A stretch of 64,000 nucleotides of DNA from Otariodibacter sp. (GCF_029256985.1 NZ_JARIDQ010000002.1:13-64012), one strand, 5' to 3'; positions 31,482-43,484 are shown, numbered from the stretch's first letter. The notes: a model not told the origin generated them from the sequence alone. Translations and numbers: made by a program.

Positions 31482-34058
31482 TTAGTTATTTTCTGCAATG
31501 AATTTTCCATCTCGATAATCCACTACCACAGGTTTATTTGGTAATAAGCTACCAGATAAAATTTGTTGTGCTAATGGATTTTCAAGGGATTGCTGAATTG
31601 CACGTTTAAGTGGTCTTGCACCAAATAATGGGTCAAAACCAGCTTCACCAATATGATCAAGTGCTGCATCTGTTACTGTCACACTATAACCATGCTCAGC
31701 CATACGTTTAATTAAGCGATCCAATTGAATACTTGCAATGGCACGAATATTCGCTTTATCAAGTGGGTGGAATACCACTGTTTCATCAATACGGTTGATA
31801 AATTCTGGACGGAAATGTTGTCCAACCACAGACATTACAACTTTTTTCATTTCAGTATAGTTCATATCTTGTGCAGTTTCCTGAATCAATTGTGAACCTA
31901 AATTTGAAGTCATAATAACCACTGTATTTCTGAAATCGACTGTTCTTCCTTGTCCGTCAGTTAAACGTCCATCATCCAATACTTGTAATAAAATATTGAA
32001 TACATCAGGATGCGCTTTTTCCACTTCATCTAATAAAATGACAGAATATGGGCGACGACGAACTGCTTCGGTTAAATAACCACCTTCTTCATAACCAACA
32101 TAACCCGGAGGCGCACCAACAAGACGAGATACACTGTGTTTTTCCATAAACTCAGACATATCAATACGTACCATCGCATCTTCACTATCAAACAAGAAAT
32201 TTGCTAATGTTTTACTCAATTCAGTTTTACCTACCCCTGTTGGTCCTAAGAATAAGAACGAACCAATTGGGCGATTCGGATCAGATAATCCAGCACGACT
32301 ACGACGAATAGCATTTGCTACAGCATCAACCGCTTCACTTTGTCCAATCACACGTTTATGTAAAACTTCTTCCATTTTGAGTAGTTTTTCTTTCTCGCCT
32401 TCCATCATTTTTGCCACAGGAATACCTGTTGCACGAGAAAGCACTTCAGCAATTTCTTCATCTGTTACACGAGTACGCAATAACTGCATTCCAGTATCTT
32501 CACTTTCGTGTTTTTCAGCTTCCGATAATTGTTTTTCTAAACTTGGAATTACGCCATATTGTAACTCTGACATTTTTTCAAAATTACTTTCACGGCGAGC
32601 TTGTTCCATTTTCAAACGAGCATCTTCAAGTGCTTCCTTGATATGTTGTGTACCAAGCAATGTTGATTTTTCTGCTTTCCAAACTTCTTCAAGTTCAGCA
32701 TATTCACGCTCACGAGCTGCGAGATCTTCATTTAATTTTGCAAGTCTTTGACGGCTTGCTTCATCATCTTCTTTTTGTAACGCTTGTTGTTCCAATTTTA
32801 ATTGGATGATACGGCGTTCCAAACGATCTAAAGGCTCTGGTTTAGAATCAATTTCCATTCTGACACTTGATGCCGCTTCATCAATCAAGTCAATCGCTTT
32901 ATCTGGTAATTGACGATCACTAATATAACGATGTGAAAGCGTTGCTGCTGCCACAATTGCTGGGTCAGTAATTTGTACGTGATGGTGAATTTCATAACGT
33001 TCTTTCAAACCACGTAAAATCGCAATGGTATCTTCAACTGTCGGTTCATCTACAAACACTTTTTGAAAACGACGTTCTAGCGCCGCATCTTTTTCGATAT
33101 ATTGACGATATTCATCAAGAGTGGTTGCACCCACACAGTGTAATTCACCACGAGCCAAAGATGGTTTTAATAAGTTACCTGCATCCATTGCTCCATCTGT
33201 TTTGCCTGCACCAACCATAGTATGAATTTCATCAATAAAGAGAATAACCTGTCCTTCTTCTTTAGCTAATTCATTCAATACGGCTTTTAAACGTTCTTCA
33301 AACTCACCACGGTATTTTGCTCCCGCAATTAATGCTCCCATATCAAGAGAAAGAACACGTTTATTTTTTAAACCTTCCGGAACTTCATTATTTACAATAC
33401 GTTGTGCTAACCCTTCCACAATTGCTGTTTTACCGACACCCGGTTCACCAATTAACACTGGGTTATTTTTGGTACGACGTTGTAAGACTTGTACTGTACG
33501 ACGGATCTCTTCATCTCGACCAATAACTGGATCTAACTTACCGCTTCTTGCTCTTTCGGTTAGATCAATTGTATATTTTTGAAGTGCTTGTCGAGTTTCT
33601 TCTGCATTTTGACTATTCACGCTCTCCCCTCCTCTAATTTGCAGGATCGCATTACTAACTTTCTCTTTTGTTAGTCCCAAATTCTTTAATAATTTACCTA
33701 AATCGCCATTATCATCTAATGCGGCTAACACAAATAATTCAGATGAAATAAAGCTATCACCAAATTGTTGTGCTAACTTATCACATTGATTTAACAAGCG
33801 AATAAGTTGTTGTGATGGTTGAACATCTGTCCCTTGCACCTGTGGTAAGCGGTTAAGCATACTTTCTAATTCATGTACTAATTTTTCTGGTTGTACATTC
33901 AACGTGGTAAATAACGGTGAGATCGAACCATCATTTTGCTTTAACAAGGAAAATAATAGATGCACAGGTTCAATGTAAGCATGATCTTTTCCAATTGCTA
34001 ATGATTGTGCTTCAGCAATCGCTGTTTGAAATTTACTGGTAAATCTATCAATATTCAT
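31482..34058 (-). CDS. clpB: Chaperone disaggregase ClpB
   Basis: 858 aa. It has two AAA+ modules ([16 protein letters not shown]) separated by a coiled-coil middle domain. Confidence 0.97.
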   Translation of the reverse strand: MNIDRFTSKFQTAIAEAQSLAIGKDHAYIEPVHLLFSLLKQNDGSISPLFTTLNVQPEKLVHELESMLNRLPQVQGTDVQPSQQLIRLLNQCDKLAQQFGDSFISSELFVLAALDDNGDLGKLLKNLGLTKEKVSNAILQIRGGESVNSQNAEETRQALQKYTIDLTERARSGKLDPVIGRDEEIRRTVQVLQRRTKNNPVLIGEPGVGKTAIVEGLAQRIVNNEVPEGLKNKRVLSLDMGALIAGAKYRGEFEERLKAVLNELAKEEGQVILFIDEIHTMVGAGKTDGAMDAGNLLKPSLARGELHCVGATTLDEYRQYIEKDAALERRFQKVFVDEPTVEDTIAILRGLKERYEIHHHVQITDPAIVAAATLSHRYISDRQLPDKAIDLIDEAASSVRMEIDSKPEPLDRLERRIIQLKLEQQALQKEDDEASRQRLAKLNEDLAAREREYAELEEVWKAEKSTLLGTQHIKEALEDARLKMEQARRESNFEKMSELQYGVIPSLEKQLSEAEKHESEDTGMQLLRTRVTDEEIAEVLSRATGIPVAKMMEGEKEKLLKMEEVLHKRVIGQSEAVDAVANAIRRSRAGLSDPNRPIGSFLFLGPTGVGKTELSKTLANFLFDSEDAMVRIDMSEFMEKHSVSRLVGAPPGYVGYEEGGYLTEAVRRRPYSVILLDEVEKAHPDVFNILLQVLDDGRLTDGQGRTVDFRNTVVIMTSNLGSQLIQETAQDMNYTEMKKVVMSVVGQHFRPEFINRIDETVVFHPLDKANIRAIASIQLDRLIKRMAEHGYSVTVTDAALDHIGEAGFDPLFGARPLKRAIQQSLENPLAQQILSGSLLPNKPVVVDYRDGKFIAENN

Positions 34059-34121
34059 AATTACCTCGATATTTGATTCGGTTATATCCTAATCATCATA
34101 TAGGATTCGTTTACGTTGATA

Positions 34122-34152
34122 TAAATTGGGGAATTGAGATGGATTTCAAGGG
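34122..34152 (-). promoter_or_regulatory. Sigma-32 (heat-shock) promoter of clpB
   Basis: The minus-strand reading is CCCTTGAAA-tccatctcaatt-CCCCAATTTA. This matches the sigma-32 consensus CTTGAAA / CCCCATNT with about 12-13 nt spacing, about 65 nt upstream of the clpB ATG. Confidence 0.7.
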
Positions 34153-34289
34153 ATAAAACGAAATAATTTATTAAAATTTTAATTTATTATTTTTATTTAA
34201 TAAATAATAAGCAAGACAAAAAGGATGCAAATAAAAAGCTCCACAATTCGTTCAATTATGGTACTTATATAAGTTCAATTCGGTAAATA

Positions 34290-35114
34290 TCAAGAGAATT
34301 TGTGCAAACTTTTTTGTGTAAAAATTTGCTGATCTTCCCATCGTAGTATTGTTAAATAATTACCCCAAACACAGCCTGTGTCTAATGCGTAAATATTTTT
34401 AGGTGTTTGATAACCAATTAAACTAGCCCAATGCCCAAATATAATCTTTTCAGATTGATACAAGGGATTATCCAATTCAAACCAAGGTTTTAATTCACTT
34501 GGGGCTTGTTCAACTGGTAATTTGCACTCAAAATCTAACCGCTTATCTGTATAACAAAAACGCATTCTCGTGAGAGAATTAATGGTGTACCGCCAACGTT
34601 CAATCCCCTTTAAATCTAGCGACCAACGATCAGGTTGAGCATCATACATTTGTTCGAGCAAACATTTAAACTTATCACCTTGCAAAATAGCTTCAACTTC
34701 TTTGGCACATTCAAAAATAGTCGAAACATCTTGCCATTCAGGGCTAATCCCTGCGTGGGCGAGCAAAAATTTATGCTCAGGATGCTGAGCTACAAGCGGT
34801 TGGTTGCGTAACCAATTTTGCAATTCTTCACGATCATCTGCATTAAAAATCGCATCTAAATTATCTCTAGGCTTAACCCTTTTAAGACCTTGCAAAGTAG
34901 ATAACAAATGCAAATCATGGTTACCTAATACCATTGTAGCTCGTGACCCCAGCTCTTTGACAAAACGTAGGCACGATAATGAATCCTTTCCTCGTGCAAT
35001 AATATCACCCGTTAGCCATAATTCATCAACTTGAGGATCAAACTGTACTTTATCAAGCAATCGTTGAAATTCCTCAAAACAGCCGTGTAAATCACCAATA
35101 ATATAGGTCGCCAT
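34290..35114 (-). CDS. apaH: Bis(5'-nucleosyl)-tetraphosphatase, symmetrical
   Basis: 274 aa starting [12 protein letters not shown], with GDIIARG and GNHD metallophosphoesterase motifs. Confidence 0.93.
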   Translation of the reverse strand: MATYIIGDLHGCFEEFQRLLDKVQFDPQVDELWLTGDIIARGKDSLSCLRFVKELGSRATMVLGNHDLHLLSTLQGLKRVKPRDNLDAIFNADDREELQNWLRNQPLVAQHPEHKFLLAHAGISPEWQDVSTIFECAKEVEAILQGDKFKCLLEQMYDAQPDRWSLDLKGIERWRYTINSLTRMRFCYTDKRLDFECKLPVEQAPSELKPWFELDNPLYQSEKIIFGHWASLIGYQTPKNIYALDTGCVWGNYLTILRWEDQQIFTQKSLHKFS

Positions 35115-35173
35115 GATTTTCTCTCATTATTTGCAAAATACTAAACGGAACTCACCGCTTAGTTACACTAACT

Positions 35174-37153
35174 TTACACCAATAATTCGCCAATAATTGA
35201 ACGAGTTTCTATTCTAACTTCTTTCAATTTAGCTCGAATTGCTTGCCCAATTTGATAGGTTTTCTCGCCCTTAATGTATAGCGCCATATCTTCAACATTA
35301 AATTGCATTTCATCTTTATTATTATGTAAAGAAGAGAATGGAATAAATATAGATGCCCCATTTTCTAATGCTTTAACTCTTAACCCGCCACGAGAAACAT
35401 CTTGAATTTCACAATCAAACTCAACATTTTTTTCCACCAGTGGAGCAAGGTAAAGGGAGTATAACCAATCGGCGATATCACGTTCGACCATACGATTTTG
35501 CTTACGGGCTTCTTGTAAACGAGTCAAGATAGAGTCTTCTACTGAACTCACCTCTTTATTCGCTAAAATTTGTTTAATTAAACGATGATTCACCATATCA
35601 CCATATTTACGGATTGGTGACGTCCAAGTCGCATAATATTCAATCCCTAAGCCTAAATGCGGTGCAGATTGTGCTTTAAACTCAGCAAAAGTGAGATAAC
35701 GACGTAAACGCATATCGAGGAAGCTTTCTGGGAATTTATCAATATCACGACGCATTGCACAGTAACCTTCCAAGGTTGCTAAACGCTCAACTGAATAACG
35801 TTCTGCTAATTCATCACGATTTTCATCAGTTGCTAAAGTATCGAGTAGGAATTTTTTAACCGATTCTAAGTTTTTAGGATCAAAGCCCGCATGGGTATTA
35901 AAAATACCTTTGTGTGCATATTTATCCAAATATTGTGCAGCACAGATATTCGCAAGGATCATTGACTCTTCAATCATTTGATTGGCAATACGACGGAATT
36001 CAACATGAATATCACGCACTGAACCATCTTCATTTAATTCAAAAGAATAATCGCCTTGCTCTTTAAAAATAACGGCATTTTTCGCACGCCAGTTCATGCG
36101 AGCTTGAGTAAATTGATGTAACCATTCAATTTGTTGTTTTGTTTCTTCATTTTCCGGTACCCAATGATTTTCATTACCTTCAATAAAATCAGAAACATCG
36201 TTATAAGCCAATTTAGCCTTAGATTCTACCCAAGCAGAGGTAAATTTCGGTTCAGAAACCACTTCGCCAGACAGATCTGTTTCAATATAAGCCACTAATG
36301 CAGGACGCTTTTCATTTGGAACTAACGAACAAAGCTCATCTGATAGTTCTCTAGGTAACATTGGAATATTGAAGCCCGGTAAGTAGTTAGTAAAGCAACG
36401 TTGGCGAGCTGCTTTTTCAATATTTGAATTTTCTGGGATATAGGCAGTTGGATCCGCAATCGCAACCACTAAACGCCAGCCTGATTGTTCTTCACCTTGC
36501 TTAATTGGTTCGATATAGAGTGCATCGTCCATATCTTGTGTACTTGGCGAGTCAATAGTCGTAAAGTATAAATTTGTTAAGTCTTCACGTTCTAACTCAT
36601 CATGTAGATGATATTCTGCTTCGCCTTTTACTGCTTCTCTTGGTTGCTCATGTTTAGCAAGGGTTACCCACCAAGGTGCAAAGTTATCATCGCCTTTACA
36701 AATAAATTGCGTAACTTGTGCGAAGAAAAAGCGATCATCCCTTAATGGATGATTTTTTAATTGTGCAACAACCCAATCATTCTCTGCCAATTTTTCAGTG
36801 ATTTTTTTGTTTGTATTGGCTGGAATTAATAATTTAATGTTGGGATGATCAACTGAAAGCTGTAATTTCCCCTCTTTATTAAATTTAACCTGAGCAATAA
36901 AGCGATTTAGCATAGGTTCAATTAACGAATCAACTTCGACCTGAGCTTTATCTCCATCACGTTTTACGGAAGCACGAATTTTATCCCCGTGCATAATTTT
37001 TTTCATTTCTGGAGGCGGAATAAAGAAAGTCTCTTTATCACATTCAAGAAAACCATAACTTTTATCAGATGCTTTTACGGTACCTTCTACATATTCTTTG
37101 CTAGCTTCGATTTGTTGCTTAAGTTGTGCTAATAGGGGGTTATTTTGAAACAT
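35174..37153 (-). CDS. rnb: Exoribonuclease II
   Basis: 659 aa starting MFQNNPLLAQLKQQ. It has cold-shock/RNB/S1 architecture and the RNB motif TIDSPSTQDMDDAL. Confidence 0.93.
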   Translation of the reverse strand: MFQNNPLLAQLKQQIEASKEYVEGTVKASDKSYGFLECDKETFFIPPPEMKKIMHGDKIRASVKRDGDKAQVEVDSLIEPMLNRFIAQVKFNKEGKLQLSVDHPNIKLLIPANTNKKITEKLAENDWVVAQLKNHPLRDDRFFFAQVTQFICKGDDNFAPWWVTLAKHEQPREAVKGEAEYHLHDELEREDLTNLYFTTIDSPSTQDMDDALYIEPIKQGEEQSGWRLVVAIADPTAYIPENSNIEKAARQRCFTNYLPGFNIPMLPRELSDELCSLVPNEKRPALVAYIETDLSGEVVSEPKFTSAWVESKAKLAYNDVSDFIEGNENHWVPENEETKQQIEWLHQFTQARMNWRAKNAVIFKEQGDYSFELNEDGSVRDIHVEFRRIANQMIEESMILANICAAQYLDKYAHKGIFNTHAGFDPKNLESVKKFLLDTLATDENRDELAERYSVERLATLEGYCAMRRDIDKFPESFLDMRLRRYLTFAEFKAQSAPHLGLGIEYYATWTSPIRKYGDMVNHRLIKQILANKEVSSVEDSILTRLQEARKQNRMVERDIADWLYSLYLAPLVEKNVEFDCEIQDVSRGGLRVKALENGASIFIPFSSLHNNKDEMQFNVEDMALYIKGEKTYQIGQAIRAKLKEVRIETRSIIGELLV

Positions 37154-37236
37154 TATTTTTACTCAAAAGTGACCACGGAAAACTAACAATTTTTTAGATA
37201 CGATAAAAGAAAATTGCATTTTAACAAAATGATCTT

Positions 37237-37245
37237 ACCGCTTGT
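37237..37245 (-). repeat. Uptake signal sequence (Apl-type), exact ACCGCTTGT
   Basis: Exact 9-mer in the rnb-fabI spacer. Confidence 0.8.
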
Positions 37246-37288
37246 TTCTTTAAAAATCATCAATTTTCCGTAGTTAAGGGAAAGGAAA

Positions 37289-38077
37289 TTATTCGTCGCC
37301 TAATTCAGGCATAGCAACGATATTAAAGCCACCATCTACATGCACAACTTCACCAGAAATACCTGAGGCAAGGTTAGAACATAAGAAAGCCGCGGCATTA
37401 CCAACATCATCAATGGTTACAGTACGTCTAATTGGTGTTACTGCTTCGCAAGCTGCCAACATTTTCTTGAAGTTTTTGATACCAGATGCTGCTAATGTAC
37501 GAATTGGGCCTGCTGAAATTGCATTAACACGTACACCATCTTTACCTAAAGATTGTGCCATAAAGCGAGTATTCGCTTCTAATGAAGCTTTTGCTACGCC
37601 CATAGTGTTGTAGTTAGGGATTGCACGCTCAGCACCTAAATAAGTTAAAGTTACTAATGCAGATCCTTTATTTAGCATTGGACGTGCTTCTTTTGCCATT
37701 GCAACAAAGCTATATGAGCTAATATCATGGGCAATACGAAAACCTTCACGATTTACCGCATCAACATAATCACCATCTAACTGGTCTGCTGGGGCATAAG
37801 CGATTGAGTGGACAAAACCATCAAATTTATCCCAATGAGTTGCTAATTGTTTAAAACATTCAACAATACTTTCATCAGTACCCACATCACATGGAATAAC
37901 GATGTTTGAACCAAACTCTGCGGCAAATTCTTCAACACGTGCTTTTAATTTGTCATTTTGATAAGTAAATGCAAGTTCTGCGCCTTCACGATACATTGCT
38001 TTTGCAATACCATAAGCAATAGAACGGCTACTTGCAACACCTGCAATTAAAATACGCTTATTAGCTAAAAAGCCCAT
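37289..38077 (-). CDS. fabI: Enoyl-[acyl-carrier-protein] reductase (NADH)
   Basis: 262 aa starting [24 protein letters not shown], with the SDR-type FabI pattern including Y..M..AK. Confidence 0.96.
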   Translation of the reverse strand: MGFLANKRILIAGVASSRSIAYGIAKAMYREGAELAFTYQNDKLKARVEEFAAEFGSNIVIPCDVGTDESIVECFKQLATHWDKFDGFVHSIAYAPADQLDGDYVDAVNREGFRIAHDISSYSFVAMAKEARPMLNKGSALVTLTYLGAERAIPNYNTMGVAKASLEANTRFMAQSLGKDGVRVNAISAGPIRTLAASGIKNFKKMLAACEAVTPIRRTVTIDDVGNAAAFLCSNLASGISGEVVHVDGGFNIVAMPELGDE

Positions 38078-38293
38078 AAATTACTCCTTATAAGAAATTC
38101 TGAAATATGCTTTCACAAGCAAAACGGGTTGATTATAGCGAAAATTTGGGCTAACGGGAAATATAAGCGGTAGGATTAGTATAGTTTTTGTAAAAAATAT
38201 AATTACATTAATAGGATAAATTTTTAAGTTTTCTCTTGAAATAAAGTATTTCAGTCTTATTATAATCTACTAAGTAAATATCAAAGGAATCAC

Positions 38294-38923
38294 ATGGGTA
38301 AAAAACGGAGTGCAAGTTCATCTCGGTGGCTTGCAGAACATTTTAAAGATCAGTTCGTCCAAAAAGCACATAAACAAAAATTACGTTCTCGTGCTTATTT
38401 CAAATTAGATGAAATTCAAAAAAGTGACCGTTTATTTAAACAAGGCATGACTGTTGTCGATTTAGGCGCAGCTCCAGGTGGTTGGTCACAATATGTTGTC
38501 ACTCAAATTGGTGGAAAAGGGCGTGTTATCGCTTGTGATATTTTAGATATGGATCCCATCGCTGGTGTCGATTTCCTACAAGGTGATTTTCGTGAAGAAA
38601 GTGTTTTAAATGCCTTATTGGAACGAGTAGGAGAAGCAAAAGTTGATGTTATTATGTCAGATATGGCACCTAATTTTAGTGGAATGCCTTCGGTTGATAT
38701 CCCTAGAGCGATGTATCTAGTCGAATTAGCATTAGATATGTGCAAACAAGTTCTTGCAACTAAAGGAAGTTTTGTTGTCAAAGTTTTCCAAGGTGAAGGA
38801 TTTGATGAATACTTAAGAGAGATTCGCTCACTTTTCAATGTAGTAAAGGTTCGTAAGCCAGAAGCTTCTAGAGGACGTTCTCGAGAAGTTTATATTGTTG
38901 CAACGGGTTACAAAGGTCAATAG
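38294..38923 (+). CDS. rlmE: 23S rRNA (uridine2552-2'-O)-methyltransferase
   Basis: 209 aa with [12 protein letters not shown] and the SAM motif [13 protein letters not shown]. It lies upstream of ftsH, as in E. coli. Confidence 0.95.
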   Translation: MGKKRSASSSRWLAEHFKDQFVQKAHKQKLRSRAYFKLDEIQKSDRLFKQGMTVVDLGAAPGGWSQYVVTQIGGKGRVIACDILDMDPIAGVDFLQGDFREESVLNALLERVGEAKVDVIMSDMAPNFSGMPSVDIPRAMYLVELALDMCKQVLATKGSFVVKVFQGEGFDEYLREIRSLFNVVKVRKPEASRGRSREVYIVATGYKGQ

Positions 38924-39002
38924 ATAAATAAAGGATAGTTGGCATATCTTTTGAATTTATAGTAACCTTGATAAGATTTTTTTAGTAAAAAGAGGGATAA
39001 CC

Positions 39003-40949
39003 TTGAACGATATGTTAAAAAATATTTTGCTTTGGGCTGTAATTGCTATCACACTAATGACAGCATTCCAAGGTTTTAATTCTAGTTTCGGTAGTAATGA
39101 TACTGTTGAATACTCAACCTTTATCAATGACTTAAAAGAAAATCGCTTAAAATCGGTTGATTTTAAAGCTAATGATGAAACAATAACCGTAACGAAATCC
39201 AATGGTTCAGAGTATCAAACTGTCATGCCTATGTATGATAAAGATTTACTTAATGACTTATTGAATAAAAATGTCACAGTAATTGGTGAGCCAGCTGAAC
39301 GCCGAGGCTTACTTGCTCAGATTTTAATTTCATGGTTCCCCATGTTACTTCTTATTGGTTTCTGGGTATTCTACATGCGTCAAATGCAAGGTGGTGGTAA
39401 AGGTGGAGCAATGAGCTTTGGTAAAAGTAAGGCTAAAATGCTAGCACCTGATCAAATTAAAACGACATTTTCTGATGTAGCAGGTTGTGATGAAGCAAAA
39501 GAAGAAGTTGCAGAAGTCGTCGATTTTTTACGTGATCCATCTAAATTCCAAAAATTAGGCGGTAAAATTCCTAAAGGTATTTTAATGGTAGGTCCACCAG
39601 GAACAGGTAAAACACTTTTAGCTAAAGCAATTGCAGGTGAAGCAAAAGTACCTTTCTTTACCATGGCAGGTTCCGATTTTGTAGAAATGTTCGTTGGTGT
39701 CGGTGCTTCACGTGTACGTGATCTCTTTGAACAAGCAAAGAAAAATGCGCCTTGTATCATCTTTATTGATGAAATTGATGCAGTGGGCCGTAAACGTGGT
39801 GGTGCAGGATTTAGTGGTGGTCACGATGAACGTGAACAAACGCTTAACCAAATGCTTGTAGAAATGGATGGTTTTGAAGGTTCTGAAGGTGTGATTGTTA
39901 TCGCTGCAACAAACCGTTCAGATGTACTTGATAATGCTTTAACTCGTCCAGGTCGTTTTGACCGTCAAGTTATGGTTGGATTACCAGATGTTAAAGGTCG
40001 TGAGCAAATTCTAAAAGTACATATGCGTAAAGTACCTATTGCACCCGATGTCGATCCAATGATTATCGCCCGTGGTACACCAGGTTACTCTGGAGCAGAA
40101 CTTGCAAACTTAGTTAATGAAGCAGCATTATTCTCTGCTCGTGCTAACCAACGTGTCGTTACCATGAATGATTTTGAAAAAGCAAAAGATAAAATCAATA
40201 TGGGTCCAGAACGTCGTTCAATGATCATGACTGATGAGCAAAAAATATCAACAGCATATCATGAAGCAGGACACGCTATTGTTGGATATTTAATGCCAGA
40301 ACATGACCCTGTACACAAAGTAACCATTGTACCTCGTGGTCGAGCGTTAGGTGTAACCTTCTTCCTACCAGAAGGCGATCAAATCAGTATTAGCCATAAA
40401 CAATTAGAAGGTAAACTTGCAAGTACCTATGGTGGTCGTTTAGCGGAAGAGCTTATTTATGGTAAAGAAAATATCTCAACAGGTGCATCAAGCGATATCC
40501 AAGTTGCCTCAAGCATTGCTCGTCGAATGGTTACAGAATGGGGATTCTCTGAACATCTAGGCCCAATTCTTTATAAAGAAGAAGAAGGTTTTGGTGCACC
40601 GAAAGTTGTATCTGAAGCAACAGCTCAACTGATTGATGAAGAAGTTCGTAAAATCATTGATCGTAACTATGAGCGAGCAAGACAAGTTTTAGTGGATAAT
40701 ATGGATATTTTACATGCAATGAAAGATGCATTGATAAAATATGAAACCATTGATAAACCACAAATTCAAAACCTGATGGAACGTAAACCTGTTGGTGATC
40801 CAGCTGGATGGAATAATAACAATGATAGTACAAATACTCCTCCATCTTCAGCTTCTTCTGAAGAGAATAAAAAATCAGAATCTCCGGAACAAAAAACAGA
40901 TTCTGGTTTAGGAGAATCTGTTGCTGATACAGAAGCTGATGCGAAGTAG
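39003..40949 (+). CDS. ftsH: ATP-dependent zinc metalloprotease FtsH
   Basis: Walker A GPPGTGKT, the SRH region and the zinc motif HEAGHA are present. TTG 39003 lies 5 nt after AGAGGGA. The alternative ATG 39012 gives MLKNILLW, which matches the E. coli MAKNLILW. Confidence 0.95.
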   Translation: MNDMLKNILLWAVIAITLMTAFQGFNSSFGSNDTVEYSTFINDLKENRLKSVDFKANDETITVTKSNGSEYQTVMPMYDKDLLNDLLNKNVTVIGEPAERRGLLAQILISWFPMLLLIGFWVFYMRQMQGGGKGGAMSFGKSKAKMLAPDQIKTTFSDVAGCDEAKEEVAEVVDFLRDPSKFQKLGGKIPKGILMVGPPGTGKTLLAKAIAGEAKVPFFTMAGSDFVEMFVGVGASRVRDLFEQAKKNAPCIIFIDEIDAVGRKRGGAGFSGGHDEREQTLNQMLVEMDGFEGSEGVIVIAATNRSDVLDNALTRPGRFDRQVMVGLPDVKGREQILKVHMRKVPIAPDVDPMIIARGTPGYSGAELANLVNEAALFSARANQRVVTMNDFEKAKDKINMGPERRSMIMTDEQKISTAYHEAGHAIVGYLMPEHDPVHKVTIVPRGRALGVTFFLPEGDQISISHKQLEGKLASTYGGRLAEELIYGKENISTGASSDIQVASSIARRMVTEWGFSEHLGPILYKEEEGFGAPKVVSEATAQLIDEEVRKIIDRNYERARQVLVDNMDILHAMKDALIKYETIDKPQIQNLMERKPVGDPAGWNNNNDSTNTPPSSASSEENKKSESPEQKTDSGLGESVADTEADAK

Positions 40950-40972
40950 CTTTTGCTTTTTATATAAAAAAA

Positions 40973-40999
40973 AAGGATTGCTGTTGCAATCCTTTTTTA
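40973..40999 (+). terminator. ftsH terminator
   Basis: The sequence is AAGGATTGCtgttGCAATCCTTTTTTATT. Confidence 0.85.
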
Positions 41000-41129
41000 T
41001 TGCTCATAATTAAATAAATATTGAGTAGTTAGTAAAGAGACTAAGATATTGTATTATTTTAGAGAGAGGATTATGCTAACTATATAAAAAATAACTATTA
41101 GCTATTTAGTAAAATAACAGGAGAAAGCG

Positions 41130-41816
41130 ATGAAATACAATAAAATTACTTATGGTCAAGACAAAGATCAATTCTATAAACTTTATTTACAAACAGAAAC
41201 TCCAAATAAATTAATAATACTCGTACATGGTGGGTATTGGCGTAATGCAGTAAATCTTACTTCTTTACAAGAATTAGAAACTTATTTTGTTGAAAAGGGT
41301 TATAGTTTAGCAAGTATTGAATATAGAAGAGGAAGTGAAAACCAATGGCCTATTCCTCGTGAGGATGTAGCAGCTGCAATTAAAGATATTAAGAATCGGT
41401 ATAGCAATGCTGAACTTATCACAATAGGACATTCAGTCGGAGGACAATTAGCTCTCTTTACCTCCAATCTTGTAGATAAAACTATAGCACTTGCTCCCGT
41501 CACTGATGTTAATTTCACATATCAACACAAATTAGGTGATAATGCTGTAGAAGAATATTATACAGCACCTATTACTGAACAGTTATTAGCGGAAGCTTCT
41601 CCAATAAATTATGAATTGAATGGGGTGAAGAAAGTTTTAGTCATTCAAGGAAAAGATGATAATCGAGTTTTAGTTGAAACTTCAGATAACTACATTAAAA
41701 AGCAAAATAATAGCGAAATCCCTATCGATTACTTGAGATTATCCTCTATGCCTCACACTGAAATTATTCTTCCAAGTAAACCTTTCTGGAATTATGTAAT
41801 TACCTGGATTGAATAA
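41130..41816 (+). CDS. Alpha/beta-fold hydrolase (esterase / arylformamidase-like)
   Basis: 228 aa. It has the oxyanion-hole motif HGGYW, the nucleophile elbow GHSVGG, a later acidic GKDDN segment and a C-terminal MPHTE, giving Ser-Asp-His order. The substrate is unknown. Confidence 0.75.
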   Translation: MKYNKITYGQDKDQFYKLYLQTETPNKLIILVHGGYWRNAVNLTSLQELETYFVEKGYSLASIEYRRGSENQWPIPREDVAAAIKDIKNRYSNAELITIGHSVGGQLALFTSNLVDKTIALAPVTDVNFTYQHKLGDNAVEEYYTAPITEQLLAEASPINYELNGVKKVLVIQGKDDNRVLVETSDNYIKKQNNSEIPIDYLRLSSMPHTEIILPSKPFWNYVITWIE

Positions 41817-41831
41817 TATTACAGGCCATAA

Positions 41832-41866
41832 AAAAACGGATAATCGAAATAATTATCCGTTTTTTA
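41832..41866. terminator. Bidirectional terminator between the hydrolase gene and lpdA
   Basis: The sequence is aaaaaACGGATAATcgaaataATTATCCGTttttt. Confidence 0.85.
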
Positions 41867-41889
41867 TGCTTAGTCTAAACTAATAAAGA

Positions 41890-43314
41890 TTATTTTTTCT
41901 TCGCTTTTGCATTTGGAAGGTCTGTAATTGATCCTTCAAATACTTCTGCTGCTAATCCAACTGATTCGTGTAATGTTGGGTGAGCATGAATTGTTAATGC
42001 AATATCTTCAGCATCACATCCCATTTCAATTGCAAGACCAATTTCACCAAGCAATTCACCACCATTACTACCGACAATAGCACCACCAAGTAAACGATGA
42101 GTATCTTTATCAAAGATTAATTTAGTCATACCTTCTGAACATTCAGAAGCAATTGCACGACCTGAAGCAGCCCAAGGGAATTTCGCTACTTCGTAGTTTA
42201 ATCCTTCTTGTTTACATTCTTTCTCTGTTTTACCTACCCAAGCAACTTCTGGCTCAGTATATGCAATAGACGGAATAATTTTAGGATCAAAATAATGTTT
42301 TTGTCCTGCGATAACTTCTGCAGCAACATGCCCTTCATGAACACCTTTATGTGCTAGCATTGGTTGTCCAACGATGTCGCCGATTGCAAAAATGTGAGGA
42401 ACGTTAGTACGCATTTGTTTATCTACACGGATAAAGCCTCGATCATCAACTTCTACACCCGCTTTTCCAGCATCAAGTAATTTACCGTTTGGTGTACGAC
42501 CAATAGCAACTAATACTGCATCATAACGTTTAGTATCATTGCATGCTTTACCTTCCATAGAAACGTAAATACCATCATCTTTTGCTTCTACAGCAGTTAC
42601 TTTAGTTTCAAGCATCAATTTGAATTTTTTCTCGATCTGTTTGGTGTAAATACCGACAACATCTTTATCTGCTGCAGGAATGACTTGATCAAACATTTCA
42701 ACTACTTCAACTTCTGACCCTAATGCTTTATATACAGTTCCCATTTCTAACCCGATGATACCACCACCCATGATAAGTAGTTTTTTAGGTACTTCTTTTA
42801 ATTTTAATGCATCAGTTGAGTCCCAAACACGTGGATCATCGTGTGGAATAAATGGTAATTGAATTGGACGAGAACCTGCTGCAATAATTGCATTATCAAA
42901 TTTAATTGTTGTTGGATTGCCATCACGATCACGTGCAACTAAAGTGTTAGGATCTGCAAAAGTTGCTAATCCTTCAACAACTGTTACTTTACGTGCCTTA
43001 GCCATACCAGCTAACCCACCTGTTAATTTACTTACTACAGCTTCTTTACCTTCACGAACTCGATTAAGATCGATTTCAGGTTCACCAAAGACAATACCAT
43101 TTTTTTCTGCATGTTTTGCTTCTTCAATTACTTTAGCAACATGTAATAATGCTTTAGATGGAATACATCCCACATTTAGACACACACCACCTAATGTTGA
43201 ATAACGTTCAACAATTACTGTTTCTAAGCCTAAATCTGCACAACGGAAAGCTGCTGAATATCCTGCTGGACCTGCACCAAGTACAACAACTTGGGTTTTA
43301 ATTTCTTTGCTCAT
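41890..43314 (-). CDS. lpdA: Dihydrolipoyl dehydrogenase (E3)
   Basis: 474 aa with FAD motif GAGPAGY, redox-active CLNVGCIPSK and C-terminal HAHPTL.E. Confidence 0.97.
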   Translation of the reverse strand: MSKEIKTQVVVLGAGPAGYSAAFRCADLGLETVIVERYSTLGGVCLNVGCIPSKALLHVAKVIEEAKHAEKNGIVFGEPEIDLNRVREGKEAVVSKLTGGLAGMAKARKVTVVEGLATFADPNTLVARDRDGNPTTIKFDNAIIAAGSRPIQLPFIPHDDPRVWDSTDALKLKEVPKKLLIMGGGIIGLEMGTVYKALGSEVEVVEMFDQVIPAADKDVVGIYTKQIEKKFKLMLETKVTAVEAKDDGIYVSMEGKACNDTKRYDAVLVAIGRTPNGKLLDAGKAGVEVDDRGFIRVDKQMRTNVPHIFAIGDIVGQPMLAHKGVHEGHVAAEVIAGQKHYFDPKIIPSIAYTEPEVAWVGKTEKECKQEGLNYEVAKFPWAASGRAIASECSEGMTKLIFDKDTHRLLGGAIVGSNGGELLGEIGLAIEMGCDAEDIALTIHAHPTLHESVGLAAEVFEGSITDLPNAKAKKK

Positions 43315-43422
43315 TTTTACCTCTGATATGATTTGCGAGTCACTAAACTGATAAATAATCTCACTATAAGTGTAACTAATTTTAACAATTTTGTAACGAG
43401 AGCAAGATCACAGAATCAAAAA

Positions 43423-43478
43423 TAAGCGGTCAGTTCATCATAAATTTTTACAAATTTTATTTACGATCTAACCGCTTA
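43423..43478. repeat. Inverted USS-core pair (AAGCGGT-N39-ACCGCTT) with central TTTTTACAAATTTTA
   Basis: The element aagcggtcagttcatcataaatttttacaaattttatttacgatctaaccgctta lies in the aceF-lpdA spacer. It has the same architecture as 49120-49175. Confidence 0.7.
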
Positions 43479-43484
43479 CATTCA

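Noticed and set aside
32377-32751. 124-aa and 76-aa plus-strand ORFs inside clpB. Similar antisense ORFs lie at 43732-44106 and 45031-45306 (aceF), 38503-38838 (rlmE), 39452-39760 (ftsH), 58079-58411 (NhaC-family gene), 13233-13553 (udk), 28664-28948 (ribBA), 42917-43204 (lpdA) and 19139-19414 (sucC).
   Set aside because: All are fully nested antisense to strongly supported conserved genes. They are Ser/Thr/Ala- or Ile-rich, have no recognisable domains and have no ribosome-binding sites that I could see.
38236-38266. CTTGAAA-N14-CTTATTAT upstream of rlmE-ftsH as a possible sigma-32 promoter
   Set aside because: The -35 element matches, but the -10 lacks the CCCC core. It can equally be read as a sigma-70 promoter (TTGAAA-N17-ATTATA), so I could not decide and did not list it as a feature.
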